Positions 36,490-48,804 of a stretch of 64,000 nt of DNA are shown in pieces; the first letter of the stretch is position 1; the number at the start of each line of letters is the position of its first letter. The notes beneath the pieces are model-generated. The model had not been told where the DNA came from, did no database searches, and worked only from the letters and a program-made list of their open reading frames with translations. Source of the DNA: Felis catus (taxonomy: Eukaryota). The stretch is taken from assembly GCF_018350175.1 (NCBI RefSeq), contig NC_058368.1, positions 176,640,001 through 176,704,000 on the forward strand, read 5' to 3'. Made by a program: the position numbers and the translations under genes.

Positions 36490-36989
36490 ATCTGAGCCAC
36501 GGTCCTCCTCATTTTGCACAGGGAGAAACAGGTTCTGAAAACAGAAGGCATGTTTGCCCAAAGACACACAGCAAGTTGGGTCTAGGCTGCTCGAGATGCA
36601 AGGTGGAACAGACAAGTGTCCCATCCTAGAAGAGCACCGGGCAAATGGCAGAGGCAACAATGACAATGACAATAAAAATAACTCATGTGTGCAGTGTTTC
36701 TCTGTGCAGAGCCTCCCTTTCAGTCCTTTACCTGCGTGACCTCCTATCACCCCCATCACAAGCCCTGTGCTGGGCCATTGCCTCTTGCATTTGACAGATG
36801 AAGAAACAAGCACAGAGAGGTCGAACACTGTAACTAGGATCACACAGCTGATAAGAAGTGGAGGCAGAATTCAAGACAAGGCTGTGGGCCTCCAGAATGT
36901 GTCCTTTCACCACCTCGACAGGTGGCCATGCTCAAGAGCGTGGAAGTTCTTCACATTGTTCTCCTGAGGGAAGCCAGATGGCTATTTTT

Positions 36990-37183
36990 AAATATTTATT
37001 TATTTTGGGGGGGGTGCGCATGTGTGTGCAAGCAGGGGAGGGGCAGAAAGAGGGACAGAGAACCCAAAGCAGGCTCCACACTGTCAGCACAGAGCCCAAT
37101 GTGGGGCTCGAACTCACAAACTGTGAAATCATGACCTGAGTCGAAGTTGGGCACTTAACCGACTGAGAGCCACCTGGCACCCC
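36990..37183 (-). mobile_element. Can-SINE (older type)
   Basis: 'gcaggctccacactgtcagcacagagccc...ggggctcgaactcacaaac...gccacctggcacccc'. Confidence 0.95.
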
Positions 37184-37196
37184 AAAGATTTCTATA

Positions 37197-37263
37197 TTTT
37201 TTAATGTTTATTTGTTGAGAGAGAGAGAGAGAGGCAGAGAGACTGAGTGAGGGAGGGGCAGAG
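37197..37263 (-). mobile_element. Can-SINE 3' fragment
   Basis: 'ttttttaatgtttatttgttgagagagag...ggaggggcagag'. Confidence 0.85.
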
Positions 37264-37446
37264 AGCCAGATGGTTATTTTTAAATCTGATTGACCCCCTC
37301 TCCTGTTCAAACATCTTCAGTGGATCCCGAGTAGCTTGTTCTGAGCAAACATTTCTAATAAGTTTTAACTTCATAAATGAGCGATGTCTTGCAATACGAG
37401 TAGTACATGATGCTGAATGTCATATGATCACAACTGAGCCAATGGT

Positions 37447-37449
<3 letters not shown>

Positions 37450-37484
<35 letters not shown>
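37450..37484. repeat. (TC)17 microsatellite
   Basis: perfect dinucleotide run. Confidence 0.95.
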
Positions 37485-37486
<2 letters not shown>

Positions 37487-38194
37487 GGGATTGGGGGTGA
37501 TTATCTCCCATGCTCGGGTGCCCGGTCTCAGGCCACAGTGTTGTCAGAAATCAGTGATTTTTCAGAACGTTGGAAGGTGCCCACAACTGGCACTTAGTGT
37601 ATTTTTTGTCACTTCAAAGCACATGGACAGCCCCTTGCTTTTCCATTCAAGAGTAAGCTTAGGAATGCTTTGCTCCATTCTAGGTCAGGCTGCCTGCAGA
37701 TACAGACCTTTCCCTCTCCTGCTTTATTGCCAGTTACACTAAACACAGTAGATGACAAGTTTATTAATACTGTACTGTAGTCAACATCCGCTAATAATAG
37801 TGAAAGTTGTCCTACACAATAACCCTCTTCTCTCTTGTCTCCCTCACATCACCCAATTAAGTGCAGGTTACTTTGTTTATTTTGGGGGGGCTGTAGAACA
37901 GATCATCTGAGTTTCCTTTTTTTCTTATGGGGAAATTCGACGTTGATAGACAAATGCTTTCGATCACAAGCATGTTTCCAGAACAAATTATGCTCGCAAA
38001 CCAAGGTTTCCTATACACGCACACCCACACACACACGTACACCAGTGGTCTCCAAAGTTTGTTGACATGCATCTCATCCCTTACAATTTTTCAGCACACC
38101 CCCAATGTCTGTACCCTTTTTAATTTAAAAATTGGTTCCGTGTACTACTGTGCTAACCTATCGTATGTATCCAAAATATATTCAAATATAATTT

Positions 38195-38413
38195 TTAAAA
38201 AAATTTTTTTAACATTTATTTATTTTTGAGACAGAGAGAGACAGAGCATGAACGGGGGAGGGGCAGAGAGAGAGGGAGACACAGAATCCGAAGCAGGCTC
38301 CAGGCTCTGAGCCATCAGCCCAGAGCCCGACGTGGGGCTCGAACTCACGGACCTCGAGATCGCGACCTGAGCCGAAGTCGGACGCTCAACCGACTGAGCC
38401 ACCCAGGCGCCCC
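38195..38413 (-). mobile_element. Can-SINE (SINEC_Fc), full length
   Basis: TSD tcaaatataattt at 38182-38194 and 38414-38426; CpGs retained. Confidence 0.97.
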
Positions 38414-38904
38414 TCAAATATAATTTAAATGAATTAAACAACGAGATAAAAAGTAAATGGAGATTTTATTTTCTTCCTTCACCCCAAGGAATTGCCTTGC
38501 GCACTCCCTGGGGTGCCACAGTCCTATTCAAGGCTCCCAGCATATGTACTCTCCTTCGGCATGGGGCACTCATCTGGAACCACCTGCTTCCTGCCTGGCA
38601 ACTACCACTCAGCCTCACATCCAGGCTGCAACCTTGCTTCTTCCCAGAAGGCTTTGCTTCTCTAGGGCACACCAGAGACCTCCCTTGCAGCCCTGGGTTC
38701 ACTCGCAACCGTTCAATGGAATATTTTAAATCAGTTGTCATGCCTGTCTCTCCGTCCAGACCGTGTGTGCTCTCCATGAGGACAAAGCGGGGAGCTCCTT
38801 TATGTGTGACCCCAGGACCCATCCGTCAGTGGCTAAGACCATTTGTTGACCGATTAAGTGACTGGCATTGGGCTGGGCACCTCATGGGTGCTCTAAGCTC
38901 CAGT

Positions 38905-39495
38905 CTGGTGGTTTCTACACTTGACCGTGCATCAGAATCACCCCCAAGGCCTCTTTCAAACATAGACTGCTCTGCTCCAGGGTTTCTGGCTCAACAGATG
39001 TTGCGGGCTGAATTGTGTCCTCTCAAAATTCAAATATTGAAGTCCCAACCCCCCGTTGCCTCAGAACGCGACCGTATTTGGAGACTGAGCCTTTACAAAG
39101 ATAATGAAGTTAAAATAGAGTGATTAGGGTGGGCCTAATCTAATCTGGCTGGTGTCCTTTTAAGAAGAGGAAATTAGGATACAGACAGTGAGAGTCACCA
39201 GACGTGTGGTCCACGTGCAGAAGGAAGACCTCCCCGAGGACACCGTGAGAAGGGGGCCGTTCTGCAAGGTGAGGAAAAGCCAAACCTGCTGACACCTTGA
39301 TCTTGGACTTCCAGCCTCCAGAACACGAGAAAAGGAATCTCTGTTGTTTAAACCACCGAGCCTGTGGGATTTTGGAGTGACAGCCTGAGCGGACTGACAC
39401 GGGAGGTCTGGCGTGGGGGGCTGGAGTTTCGTTTTTCTGACAAGCGTGTGCTGATACTAGGGAGGCGAGAGCAGGGACCGCACTGGGAACTGCTG
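38905..39495. mobile_element. MER5A split by an MLT1 LTR
   Basis: 'gtggtttctacacttgaccgtgcatcagaatcacc' to the left; 'ggtctggcgtgggggg...tttctgacaag...gggaccgcact' to the right. Confidence 0.75.
38999..39401 (+). mobile_element. MLT1A/B MaLR solo LTR
   Basis: 'tgttgcgggctgaattgtgtcc...ctgctgacaccttgatcttggacttccagcctccagaac...ctgttgtttaaaccacc'. Confidence 0.92.
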
Positions 39496-40099
39496 ATGTC
39501 GACCTCGAGAGATGGGGAAGGAAAGTCTGAAGAGTGAGAGAGGTCTGGAGAGTGGAGGGGAGACTGCCAGCCAAGAATGCTGCCCTGGCATTTCCCGGGC
39601 TCTGGGGAGAGAGCTCTCCCCCACGGGTGTGCGCTCTGGAACAGGCCGATGTGTTCTGAGCTGTTACTCACTCTCCCTGCCCTTGGCTGGGGACGTGGGG
39701 AAGGAATGGCTGGGGGTGGGGTTTCTCCTCGGACACATGGGATCTCCCAGCTGGGGATCCTCAGGCGGGTCTCAGGGAGCATGCTCAGCCCAGCCCTTTC
39801 TCAGAGAGCTAGCAGCCCCTGGCAGGCAGAGGTCCTGGGAAGCCAGCAGGTTGATGATGTGCGGGTTCACTGGAGATGGCCCTGGCTGCAGCCCACACTC
39901 CCCATGCGAGTGGGGGTCTCGGCACGGGAAGGCAGGCTCTGCACACATCCTTCAGGGGAGGGTCGAGAGAATGAGACCATTCCCACGGGCTATTATGAAC
40001 CTCCTCTGTGCTTTGGTTTCCTCATCACTAAAAAGAGCACGATAACATCCACCCCAGGGGATGGTAGTCGCGACTTTAAAGTTGGCTTCTCCCTTACGT

Positions 40100-40290
40100 T
40101 TACCAAGTGAGACTCAGTTTTATTTCAGCCTTACAACAACCAAGAGGGCAGGGCAAGCCCCATTTTATGGATGTAGAAACTGAGGCTCAGGTAGGTTAAA
40201 TAAGTTACCCAAGAATTCAGGGCCAGAGAGTGGGGCAGCAAGGATTCAACCCCAGCTGAATAGCCCACACTCAACCATTCATAACCTTCC
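40100..40290 (-). mobile_element. MIR SINE
   Basis: 'cccattttatggatgtagaaactgaggctcaggtaggttaaataagttacccaag'. Confidence 0.85.
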
Positions 40291-41159
40291 CCTCAGGTAA
40301 TAGCTTAGGACTGGGCCCTAGCTCATGAGGCGCTTGCCGGCTCTTTGTTCCCTTGGCTTAGCTCAAATTCCTACAACCGAAGTTAATTCTTTCCCTATTC
40401 TGGAAGAACGGTAAAGAAAGAGATTGACTATGTGCCAGGCACTGCCCTGTGCCAGGCACTTTCCTCCCCTCTCCAGGTAGCAAGGCCTCAAGGCTGAAGA
40501 CCATGCATTGTTCTCTGCCCTATCTCCAGTTTGTTAACTAAACGACCAACACTTGTCCTATCGCTGCAATGACCCTGTGAACACCACCATATATACCCGC
40601 TTCACGTGCACGGAAACAGAGGCTCAGGGAAGTTGAGTTGAGAGGTTGACAGGTCACACAAGCTCCCCCAGCTATGAGAAATGCCGTTATTGGCAGGGGA
40701 CCCCCCCGCCAGATCCATCTGACTCCGGAGCCCTTACTGGTACTATGCCACACTCCTCTCCTGGTCCTTTCATTCAAATTCCCCCAGCTCTCTTCCTTGG
40801 GACAAAAGGCTCTGCCCCAGAGGGAAGACATAACTTTTTCTCCCAAAGCTCTGAGTCAACTCATAAAGTGTTATCTTGGTGGGCTAAACAGTCAGCCAAG
40901 GAAACGACCTTTGCCCATTGTCCATGACAGTCATGCTCTGCCGCAGTTGAGAGAGAGAGAGAGAGAGAAGGGGAAAGGGAAAGAGAGGAAAGACCAGACC
41001 AACACCATTTTGGCTGGTTGAACTTCCCAGAGCCTTCAAGGCACAGTTCACATTCTCTCTCATCCAAGAAGCCCTTTTTCCAGTTGTGCCATTGCCAGTC
41101 ACACCCTCCCCCCACCTTGGTCTTTTCACAGGGCTCATCTGGTCTCCCACATTAGATGA

Positions 41160-41590
41160 TACAAGCCAAGATGGTTTGGGTTGCAAATGACAGACACCCA
41201 AGCTGGCTTCTGCCAAAAAGGGCATTTATTGGCTCTCAAGACTGAAAAACCCAAAGGCAGAGGTGGCCTCGGGGCTCAGCCACGTCACCCAGACCTGGCC
41301 TCTTTGCATCCGGGGCTCTGTTCTCTGTGTGGGCTCCTGCCTCAGGAAGCCCTTCCCACGGGGGAAAGGTGGCCGCCAGCACCCCGGGCCCCATCCTTCC
41401 ATCTCCACTGCCCCAGCAGACAGAGTTCTTTCCCAGGAGACTCCTGGCCCTGCTTGCCTTCAGGCCCCATTCCAGAAGCAGCCACCAGGGGGTGGGCACT
41501 CTGAGCAGCCACGCCCGGTCACAAGAGCAGAGGAGGGGTATTTCCCCAAAGGAAAATGAAGGCTCTGTTGCCAGACAAAGGAAGCAGAAG
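41160..41590 (-). mobile_element. Old MaLR solo LTR (MLT1K-like)
   Basis: 'ggttgcaaatgacagacacccaagctggctt...aaagggcatttattggctc'. Confidence 0.7.
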
Positions 41591-42889
41591 CTGGGGGTGG
41601 GGGTGGGGGGAGAAACAGAAAGACGCATTCTCTAGGGCTTTATCCGGCTTCCTGGCTCTCTTTCGTCTTTGCTGTGTGAGCTTAGACAAGTCCTGACCTT
41701 CCATTTCTTCATTGGCACAATGGGCGTGATACCCTAACTCTGAGGAAGGTTTGAGAGGACTCAGTAAGTTAAGGCGCAGAAAAGGCCTTGCACAGTGCAC
41801 AGTACATGGGACGCGCCAAGTCTCTCCCACCCCTTCCCCCTCGGGGCACCCCATACCCAGGCAGGAATGCCTAGGTTTGGAACAATGGTGCCCCTTAGAC
41901 ACTTGGCTCCTCATTTAATTAGCTGCTTCCCTCCTCGCAGGCATCTCTGTGCATGTGACCTGTTTCATGCGTCTTTCCTCTCAGGAACCTCTCCCAGGGC
42001 GATGAAGCTCTAAATGGAGGCCCCCAGACATGGGTGATAGCAATAACTATTCATTCAGCACTTGTTTCCGGAGCCCCGTTAGGACTTGTTCTAGGCCCTG
42101 GGGATACAGCAGAGAAAAGGCAGACCTGGGACCTGTCCTCATGGGGGTTGTGCTCACGCATGGCTGTGCCACACACTGTACGAGGCCTGTGCGTGTCACC
42201 CGCTTTTCATCCAGGATTAAGTGCCATCTCACCGAACCCTTCAAACATTAGCAGGCTCATTCCACACATGGGGAAACTGAGGTCCAGGGGAGGGAAGTCC
42301 AGCAGGTAGACTGACCACTCAGCAAGCGAGTGGCAGAAACACGAAACTGCTGCACCCTTCCTTCCCGGATGCAGCCTGAGTCAAGCCCCCTGCCGAATTC
42401 AGAGAAGGTTAATTACAGTGACGGCACCCATAAAAAACACAGGACATCTTCCAGGAAGCTGGAGGAGAGAGAGAAGAAAAAAGACCCGGGCGTGCAACGT
42501 CAACCCGGGGTCTGGGATGAGCCGTGTTGAGCCCATACATGGAAATCCACATCTACCAAGATGGGCCGCCCGGGAGGCAGGCGGGGAGCCCCCGGCGGGG
42601 CCCTCGGCGTCAGGAGGAACGGAGCCACTCAAACCACAACCTGCAGGCTGAGAGCAGCCGACTGGCTCGGCTGCCACCAGGCCCGACCGCACTTTGGGAG
42701 AGGCCCGCACTCCCCTACCCAGCCCACCGGCAGCCACCAGTCGGCCAACGAGAAGCCCTGGGTGAGGTCACATTACACCCCTGGCTCCAATCCCTCAGTA
42801 CGTTATGAAGGCTGACGGCTAACCTGGCTGGCTGATGTCCAAGGCCGAGGTCGAGGCACGGAGCGGGGACTTTAGAACCCAGGAGAGCT

Positions 42890-43170
42890 CCTCTCTTGGC
42901 TATATGACTCCGGTCAGTTAACTTGACCTCGGAGCCTCAGCGTCCTCATCTGCAAAGTGGGGAGGGCGAATCCCTGCCTTTTCACAGAGTGAGGAATGAA
43001 TGAGGCGACGATGCAGCCGCTCTACGACACACACACCACACGATTAGGAATTCTCGGTGCACGTGAAGACACTGAAGCTCAGAAAGATGAGTGTGTGGCC
43101 CCAAAGCACACGGCCGGTCAGCAGCGGGTACTGATTCGGAGCCCTGGTCTGACCCCATCCGTGGCCAGGT
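42890..43170. mobile_element. Tail-to-tail MIR pair
   Basis: 'ggagcctcagcgtcctcatctgcaaagtgggg' (+) and 'cacgtgaagacactgaagctcagaaag...cccaaagcacacggc' (-). Confidence 0.7.
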
Positions 43171-44855
43171 GCTGCGTGCCTCCCCCAGCGCACAGTAGGC
43201 CCTCACCGCGTGCCAGGTGCCTGCCCTGCACACCTGCACTGTACCAGTATCCGGTCTAGCCCCACCTATGTCCTGCCGGGGTGTCGCTTCTCAAAGTGTT
43301 GGCTGTGTCTGCTCCTGGCGTGCTGTGGAAGGCTGGGGCCTTCAAATATACTTGTGAAATCCGAACAAATGCATTTACTAATGACCCACGACCAAGCAGA
43401 GCCTGAACAAACGGACGGTAAGAGGCTCTCCTTCAGTGTAGGAGAAAACAAAGGTTCTTTCTTGCTGCCAGAGGCTGGGGGGCGGTTCAGCTCTCCGGGG
43501 AGAAGACAGGTATTCTCGGCGGACAGCCACCGCTCTGACATCTGCTCAAGACGCAGGGTCCGGAGTGAGAAGTTCTCATCACACCCCCCCAACCCCCGAC
43601 AGGCCCTCCCTCTAGCCCCAAACGTGCTTTTTTGGCTTACCTCGCTCAGATATAAGGGCTTCGTGGAGCCCACCGGCTCCCTGCCACCGGCCAGGCTTGG
43701 AGACCAAAGGTACCAGAGGATAAAGAAGACAGAGGCTGGGGCGCTGGCCCCCCCCCTCCCAAATTCGTGATCAGCCTAAAGCCCCAAGCCCTTTACCGAT
43801 GGTGGGTAAGGAACTGTCCATTAAGTGCTAGGAGGGAGGCAGAAAGGGAGCTGACCGGGGCCCGGCTCTCAAGTACCACGTGGGTGTACTGCCTGTTTCC
43901 CCAGAGTGATCAGTTCTTGCGATGCCTGAGATAAAAAGTTCAGAAATAACGAGGCTTGATGAAGTTCAAGGTTTCCCAGCCATGTGCCCTCCACCTCCCA
44001 CCTGGTGGTTCCCAGCAAAAGGTCTGAGCCTGGCTCCGTTTGGAAAGGGGCATTGTACTGCCAGGATGGCTTGGAAATAATGGCATCTACCTTTCTAGGC
44101 CACAGGGGGGATGATTTTAACTAGCCAGTCTCCAGCTCAACCCTTGAACTTTCCCCTGGTGTCCCTAAAGACCTAGGTTCAAATCCCAGCCCTGCCTCTT
44201 CTTCCCTGAATACCTTATCTTTCTTTTCTGAGCCTCCTTGTGCCCATGCGCAGAATGGGGATCATGATGATGGGGCCTCAATGTATAGGGGACGTAGGAT
44301 GTGTGCAAAGGACCAAGTACAACTCTTTAGGACAACTACCCAAAGCTCCCTCTGGTGAAAAGGACAGAAAGGACCTGGACTGGAGATCCCCCCATTTACA
44401 TCTCGAGACCGGACCTCTCCCCTCAAATGGATTCATATATCCTGCTGGTCTCCTGGATAGTCCCACCGGATTGTTTAATAAACAAGTCACACTTCACACA
44501 TATAGGCTGAGCTCCCAATTTCACCCCCACTCCCATCAAATCTGCTCCCCCCCCACACACACACCCTTCCCCATCTCAGTGAATGGCACCTGCACTCCCA
44601 GTTACTCCTGCCAAAAATCCTGAGACCATCCTTAATTTTTTTTTTTCCCTCCCACCCTGTATCTAGTTGACTCCAGCTCTTCCTCAGAAACGTACCCAGA
44701 ATCCAGCTTCTTTTTATCACCTCTTCACATCCACCTCCCTGGCCCATGCCTCCATTGTCTTTCTGGGGGATGATTGAAAGAGGCTTCTGGAAGGTCTTTC
44801 TGCTTCCTCCTGACACCCCTGTCAGCTTATCCTCTGCAGAGGAACCAAATGGATC

Positions 44856-45303
44856 TGTATCAGTTTCCTGTTGCTGCTACAACAAAAAACCCCACAAACT
44901 TGATGGCTTAAAACAACAGACATTTTTTCTCTTGCGGTTCTGGAAGCCAGAAGTCCGAAATTAGTTTCACTGAGTTAAAGTCAAGAAGTCAGCAGACTGG
45001 TTCATCCTGGAGGCTTAGGAATGTGCTCTGTTCCTTGCCTTTTCCAATTTCTGGAGGCTGCCAACATCTTGCTTTGGTCACCACATCGCCTTCTCTGGAG
45101 CAGTCTCTCCTTCTGCCTCTCTCTTTTAAGGACATCTGTGATTACATCAGGGTGACCACCTGGATACTCCAGGATCCTCTCACCATCTCAAGGACCCTAA
45201 CCCTAATCGCACCTAAAGTCCCTTTTGCCATATAAGGGAATTATTTGCAGGTCTGTGGGGTAGGGTGTAGACATCTTGAGGGGAGCAGCTTTAGCTTACC
45301 ACA
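44856..45303 (-). mobile_element. MLT1C-like MaLR solo LTR
   Basis: 'tgtatcagtttcctgttgctgct...ggcttaaaacaacaga...ttctggaagccagaagtcc' ... 'cttaccaca'; TSD ggatc / agatc. Confidence 0.9.
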
Positions 45304-45336
45304 AGATCCTTTTTAAATTTAGCTGGGGGAGGGGGA

Positions 45337-45527
45337 GGGTGCTGGCTGGCTCAGTTGGTTAAGCATCCGACTGGGTCAGGTCATGGAATCACGGTTTGTG
45401 AGTTCAAGCCCCATATCGGGCTCTGTGCTGACAGTGCAGAGCCTGCTTGGGATTCCCTCTCCCTCTCTCTCTGTCCCTTCCCCGCTCATGCTCTCTCTCT
45501 CAAAATAAATAAAAATAAAACTTAAAA
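45337..45527 (+). mobile_element. Can-SINE (older type)
   Basis: 'ggctggctcagttggttaagcatccgact...gtgagttcaagcccc...aaaataaat'; degenerate TSD ttagctggg / ttagcaggg. Confidence 0.93.
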
Positions 45528-46439
45528 AAAATTAGCAGGGTCATGTCTCCTCTCCTTACCCGTTCATTTCCAGGAGCTCCCCATCTCAGTATAAAAGCCA
45601 CATCCTTGCAACAGTCCCCAAGGATCTCTGCAGTCTGGATCCTACGCTTCTTTGGTCTCAAATCCACCCACCCTTTCTCTCATTCACTCGGCTCGAACTG
45701 CATTGGCCTCCTTGCTGTGTTCCGTATATGTCCAAACAGTCCTGCCTCAGGGCCTTTGCACTGGCTATTCCCTCTGCCCAGAATGCTCTTCTTCCAGATC
45801 AACTATAAATTCAACTGCCAACCACAGTACAGGAGTGGCCGCAGCAGCCACCAGAGAGGTCCCTGCGTTTTACCAAGCAGGGAACAGGCTCAGCTCAATT
45901 CACTGAACAAATATGTAAAGAGTCTGTGTTTGAGGCCATGCCAAGACAGCTTCCACCTAGGGCACCTACGTGCTGGTCCTGCCACACATGTGGGTTCAGT
46001 GTCTCCCATCAGGCAGGAGGCTGTGTCTGAGAACAGTGCTATGGGTGTGGAGTCGGCCCCTATGCCTGTGTTTGGTGGGCAGCCAGCTATGCAAATAGAA
46101 CCTCTCTGTCCCTGCTTGCCTCCAGTCTTGTCCCCAAACAATCTGACTCAGTCAGCACGACAAGGTGGAGGTTGCAAAGCAAAGAAGGTGCCGGCTGATT
46201 TCGGTGGCTTTGGGAGAATAGCGGATAAATTCAAGGAAAATGTAATGAATTAATAACTGAGTGGACGAAATATGGGCACCAGAGAAGATATCATGTATCA
46301 AACCCAGACAGTGCCTATTCTCCCTGATCCACACCCCCCACCCCACCGTGGCGAAGACCTTCCGACATCTGGCCTCACAGGATAGATTGTCTCCAACTCA
46401 AAGCCTCCACCTTACCCAAAGTTGATCTCCTTATTCACG

Positions 46440-46700
46440 AGCAGTAACGATAATGACCGTCTTGTATCTTTCACATCCCAGATTCCAAACCCTGTACTAA
46501 GCACTTCATACCAACATTCTCAGTCATTTTAACAGCCTCCTGGGATAGGTATTTTTCCCATTTCATGGGGAAGGAATCTGAGGTAGAAAGAGATAGAGTC
46601 GCTTGCCTGAGGACACCCAGCTCTTACGTGGCAGAATCGGGATACGAGCCGAGGTCCTTCTGGCTACAAAACTTGCACTGTTAACCACTCTGCTTAGGCA
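46440..46700 (-). mobile_element. MIR SINE
   Basis: 'tttcccatttcatggggaaggaatctgagg...cttgcctgaggacacccagc...ttaaccact'. Confidence 0.75.
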
Positions 46701-46867
46701 CTGCACACCAGTGACCCAGCCACAGTGAGCCCATGGACCCATGCATTCATGTGTCCCTGATAACAGCCTACACGTGCACACACATGTGCAGGCACACACC
46801 CACAGGAAGGTAAGCTCCAGGGCAGCAGGGACTTTGTGAGTTATGTTGCTGGCATATAGTAGATGCT

Positions 46868-47262
46868 TGTTATGGACGGAACATTTAGGTCCGTCCCGAA
46901 TTCGTATAGTGAAGCCCTAACCCCGAATGTGACTATATTTGGGGACGGACCTTGATGGAAGTCATTAAGGTTAGATGAGTTCCTAAGAGTAGAGCCCCAA
47001 TCCAGTAGGTTTGGTGTCCTTGTAAGAAGAGACACCAGAGGGGTCCTGCTCTCTCTCCATGTGTGCAGAGAAGAGGCCATGTGAAGGCACAGGGGGGGAG
47101 GTGGCCATCTACAAGGCAGGAAGAGAGCGCTCACCACAAGTCAATCCTGCAGGACCTTGATCTGGGACTTCCGGCCGCCAGGACTGTGAGAAAATTGATC
47201 TCTGGTGTTTAAGCTGCCCAGCCTGTGGCAGTTTGTCACGGCGGTCCTAGCAGCCTGACCCT
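46868..47262 (+). mobile_element. MLT1A-like MaLR solo LTR in an L2 tail
   Basis: 'tgttatggacggaa...gaagccctaaccccgaatgtga...ggtgtccttgtaagaagagacaccagag'; TSD atgct / gtgct. Confidence 0.9.
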
Positions 47263-47330
47263 GTGCTCGCTACATTGTGCAGTGGAATACAGATCTGGTT
47301 TGGTGCATCTGTTTTTAAAAAGAAGATTTA

Positions 47331-47536
47331 GGGGCGCCTGGGTGGCTCAGTCAGTTATGCATCCGACTTTGGCTCTGGTCATGATCTCACGTTCCGTGAG
47401 TTTGAGCCCCGCGTCGGGCTTTGTGCTGACAGCTCAGAGCCTGGAGCCTGCTTGGGACTCTGTGTCTCCCTCTCTCTCTGCCCCTCCTCCCCTCATCCTC
47501 TGTCTCAAAAATAAATAAACATTAAAAAATATTTTT
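47331..47536 (+). mobile_element. Can-SINE (SINEC_Fc type)
   Basis: TSD aaagaagattta / aaagaggattta. Confidence 0.96.
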
Positions 47537-48804
47537 AGAAAGAGGATTTAAATGTCCCAACACCCCTTGGTTGGTCTTGCCCTCCTCACCACCCCTCATT
47601 TCCCTGCTCAGCCTCCAGGGACCCCAGGTTTGTGGCTCTGCTCTGAGCTGGGCGGAGGCTCAGCATCAGGCCAGGCCTGAGTCAGGGATCCGTCCTCATG
47701 TACTGTGGGACAGGTCTGGTGCCTTTCGTGGCCCCCAGAGGGCCCCCTCCTACTGCTCCCCGGTAGGGAACCCACGGGTGCGCGTGTGAGGAAGGGCTCG
47801 CTGGGCCTCAGGCCTTCCCTACCTTGCGGCTGCAAGCAGCTCCCGGCCTTCAGCTCACTCCTCAGGGACAGAATCTCAAAATTCCCCCGTGGCCTCTGGG
47901 GACAGGTTCTCTGAGGCCCTCGTCTGTCCATGGCGGCACCTCTGGGCCCGGGAGCGGCAGGGGACGGTGACGGCTCTGAGGACTTCACCACCCCCAAACG
48001 CCCACCCGGTGCAGAGCCTGGGGAGTGAGGAAATCCAAGGAAGTAACCAGAGTGGCTGCCAATGCCCAGGGGAGAAACGCGCCCCTCCGCCACCTGGCCC
48101 AGGGAGCCCAGCTGCTGCACTCGCCACCCCGCCACAAAGCGCAGGCGGAGAGCAGCAGGCCTGCTCGGGCGCCAGCAGGACGGTGGCCTCTGCGACAGGG
48201 GGGTGGGGCGGGGGGGACCGTTAGGGGGAGTGCGGAGAATGACGTCCTGCCCCAGCGTGGGTGCCAGCTGCACCTGGGTCAGGAGGTGAACCCTTCGCCT
48301 GGCGGCACCTTGCTTTGCCCCTCTGTAGAATGGGGAGGGCAGGCCCTCGCACCTCACTTGCCTCGCCCCAGCCCTGGCCCAGAAGAACGCCCCCGAACTG
48401 AATAGGGTGCAAATGTGGAAGCTAGAGGAGAGACAGCACAAGGTGATGGACAGCAGAGGGACAAACAGTGAGGGAGCACTTAGCCCGTGTTGGGTGTTTA
48501 TTTCTGTCTTAATCATCATAGCTGGCTAGGCCCAACAATGACCACTGGCCGTACGTCCTCCCTTAATCCTCCCAGGATGTCTAAGGGCAGGTGGCAGTGT
48601 CCTTGTTTAATGAAGGAGGAAGGAAAGACTCTGAGAAGTAATATGACAGCCCAAGGTCACACAGCTAATGAGACCGTCAGGGCTCCCAACCCCCGTTATA
48701 TGTTGGCAAATAGGTAATAATAAAAGCTCAAATTTATAGAACGCTTATTGTGTGTCAGGCAATCTTTTAGGCATCTAGGTACATTAATTTATTTAATCTT
48801 CGTC

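Larger units (their letters stand above)
44400..45800 (+). mobile_element. L2 interrupted by an MLT1 LTR and a Can-SINE
   Basis: 'cttccccatctcagtgaatggcacc', 'ccagaatccagc' to the left; 'cctgcctcagggcctttgcactggctattccctctgcc' to the right. Confidence 0.75.

Noticed and set aside
38497..39123. 208-aa ORF
   Set aside because: Spans L2, MER5A and MLT1 fragments.
41481..41495. CTCF-like CCACCAGGGGGTGG
   Set aside because: Mismatch at a key position of the core and inside an LTR; needs ChIP or PWM support.
43410..43425. Strong splice donor ACG|GTAAGA in a 186-aa ORF
   Set aside because: No convincing upstream acceptor and no recognisable peptide.
45195..45206. Telomere-like (CCCTAA)2
   Set aside because: Only two units, within an MLT1 LTR.
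45543..46253. 236-aa ORF
   Set aside because: Begins inside decayed L2 sequence; no domain or codon signal.
47608..48519. Longest ORF (303 aa, minus strand)
   Set aside because: P/R/G/S/A-rich with no recognisable domain; overlapping ORFs in other frames; explained by high GC.
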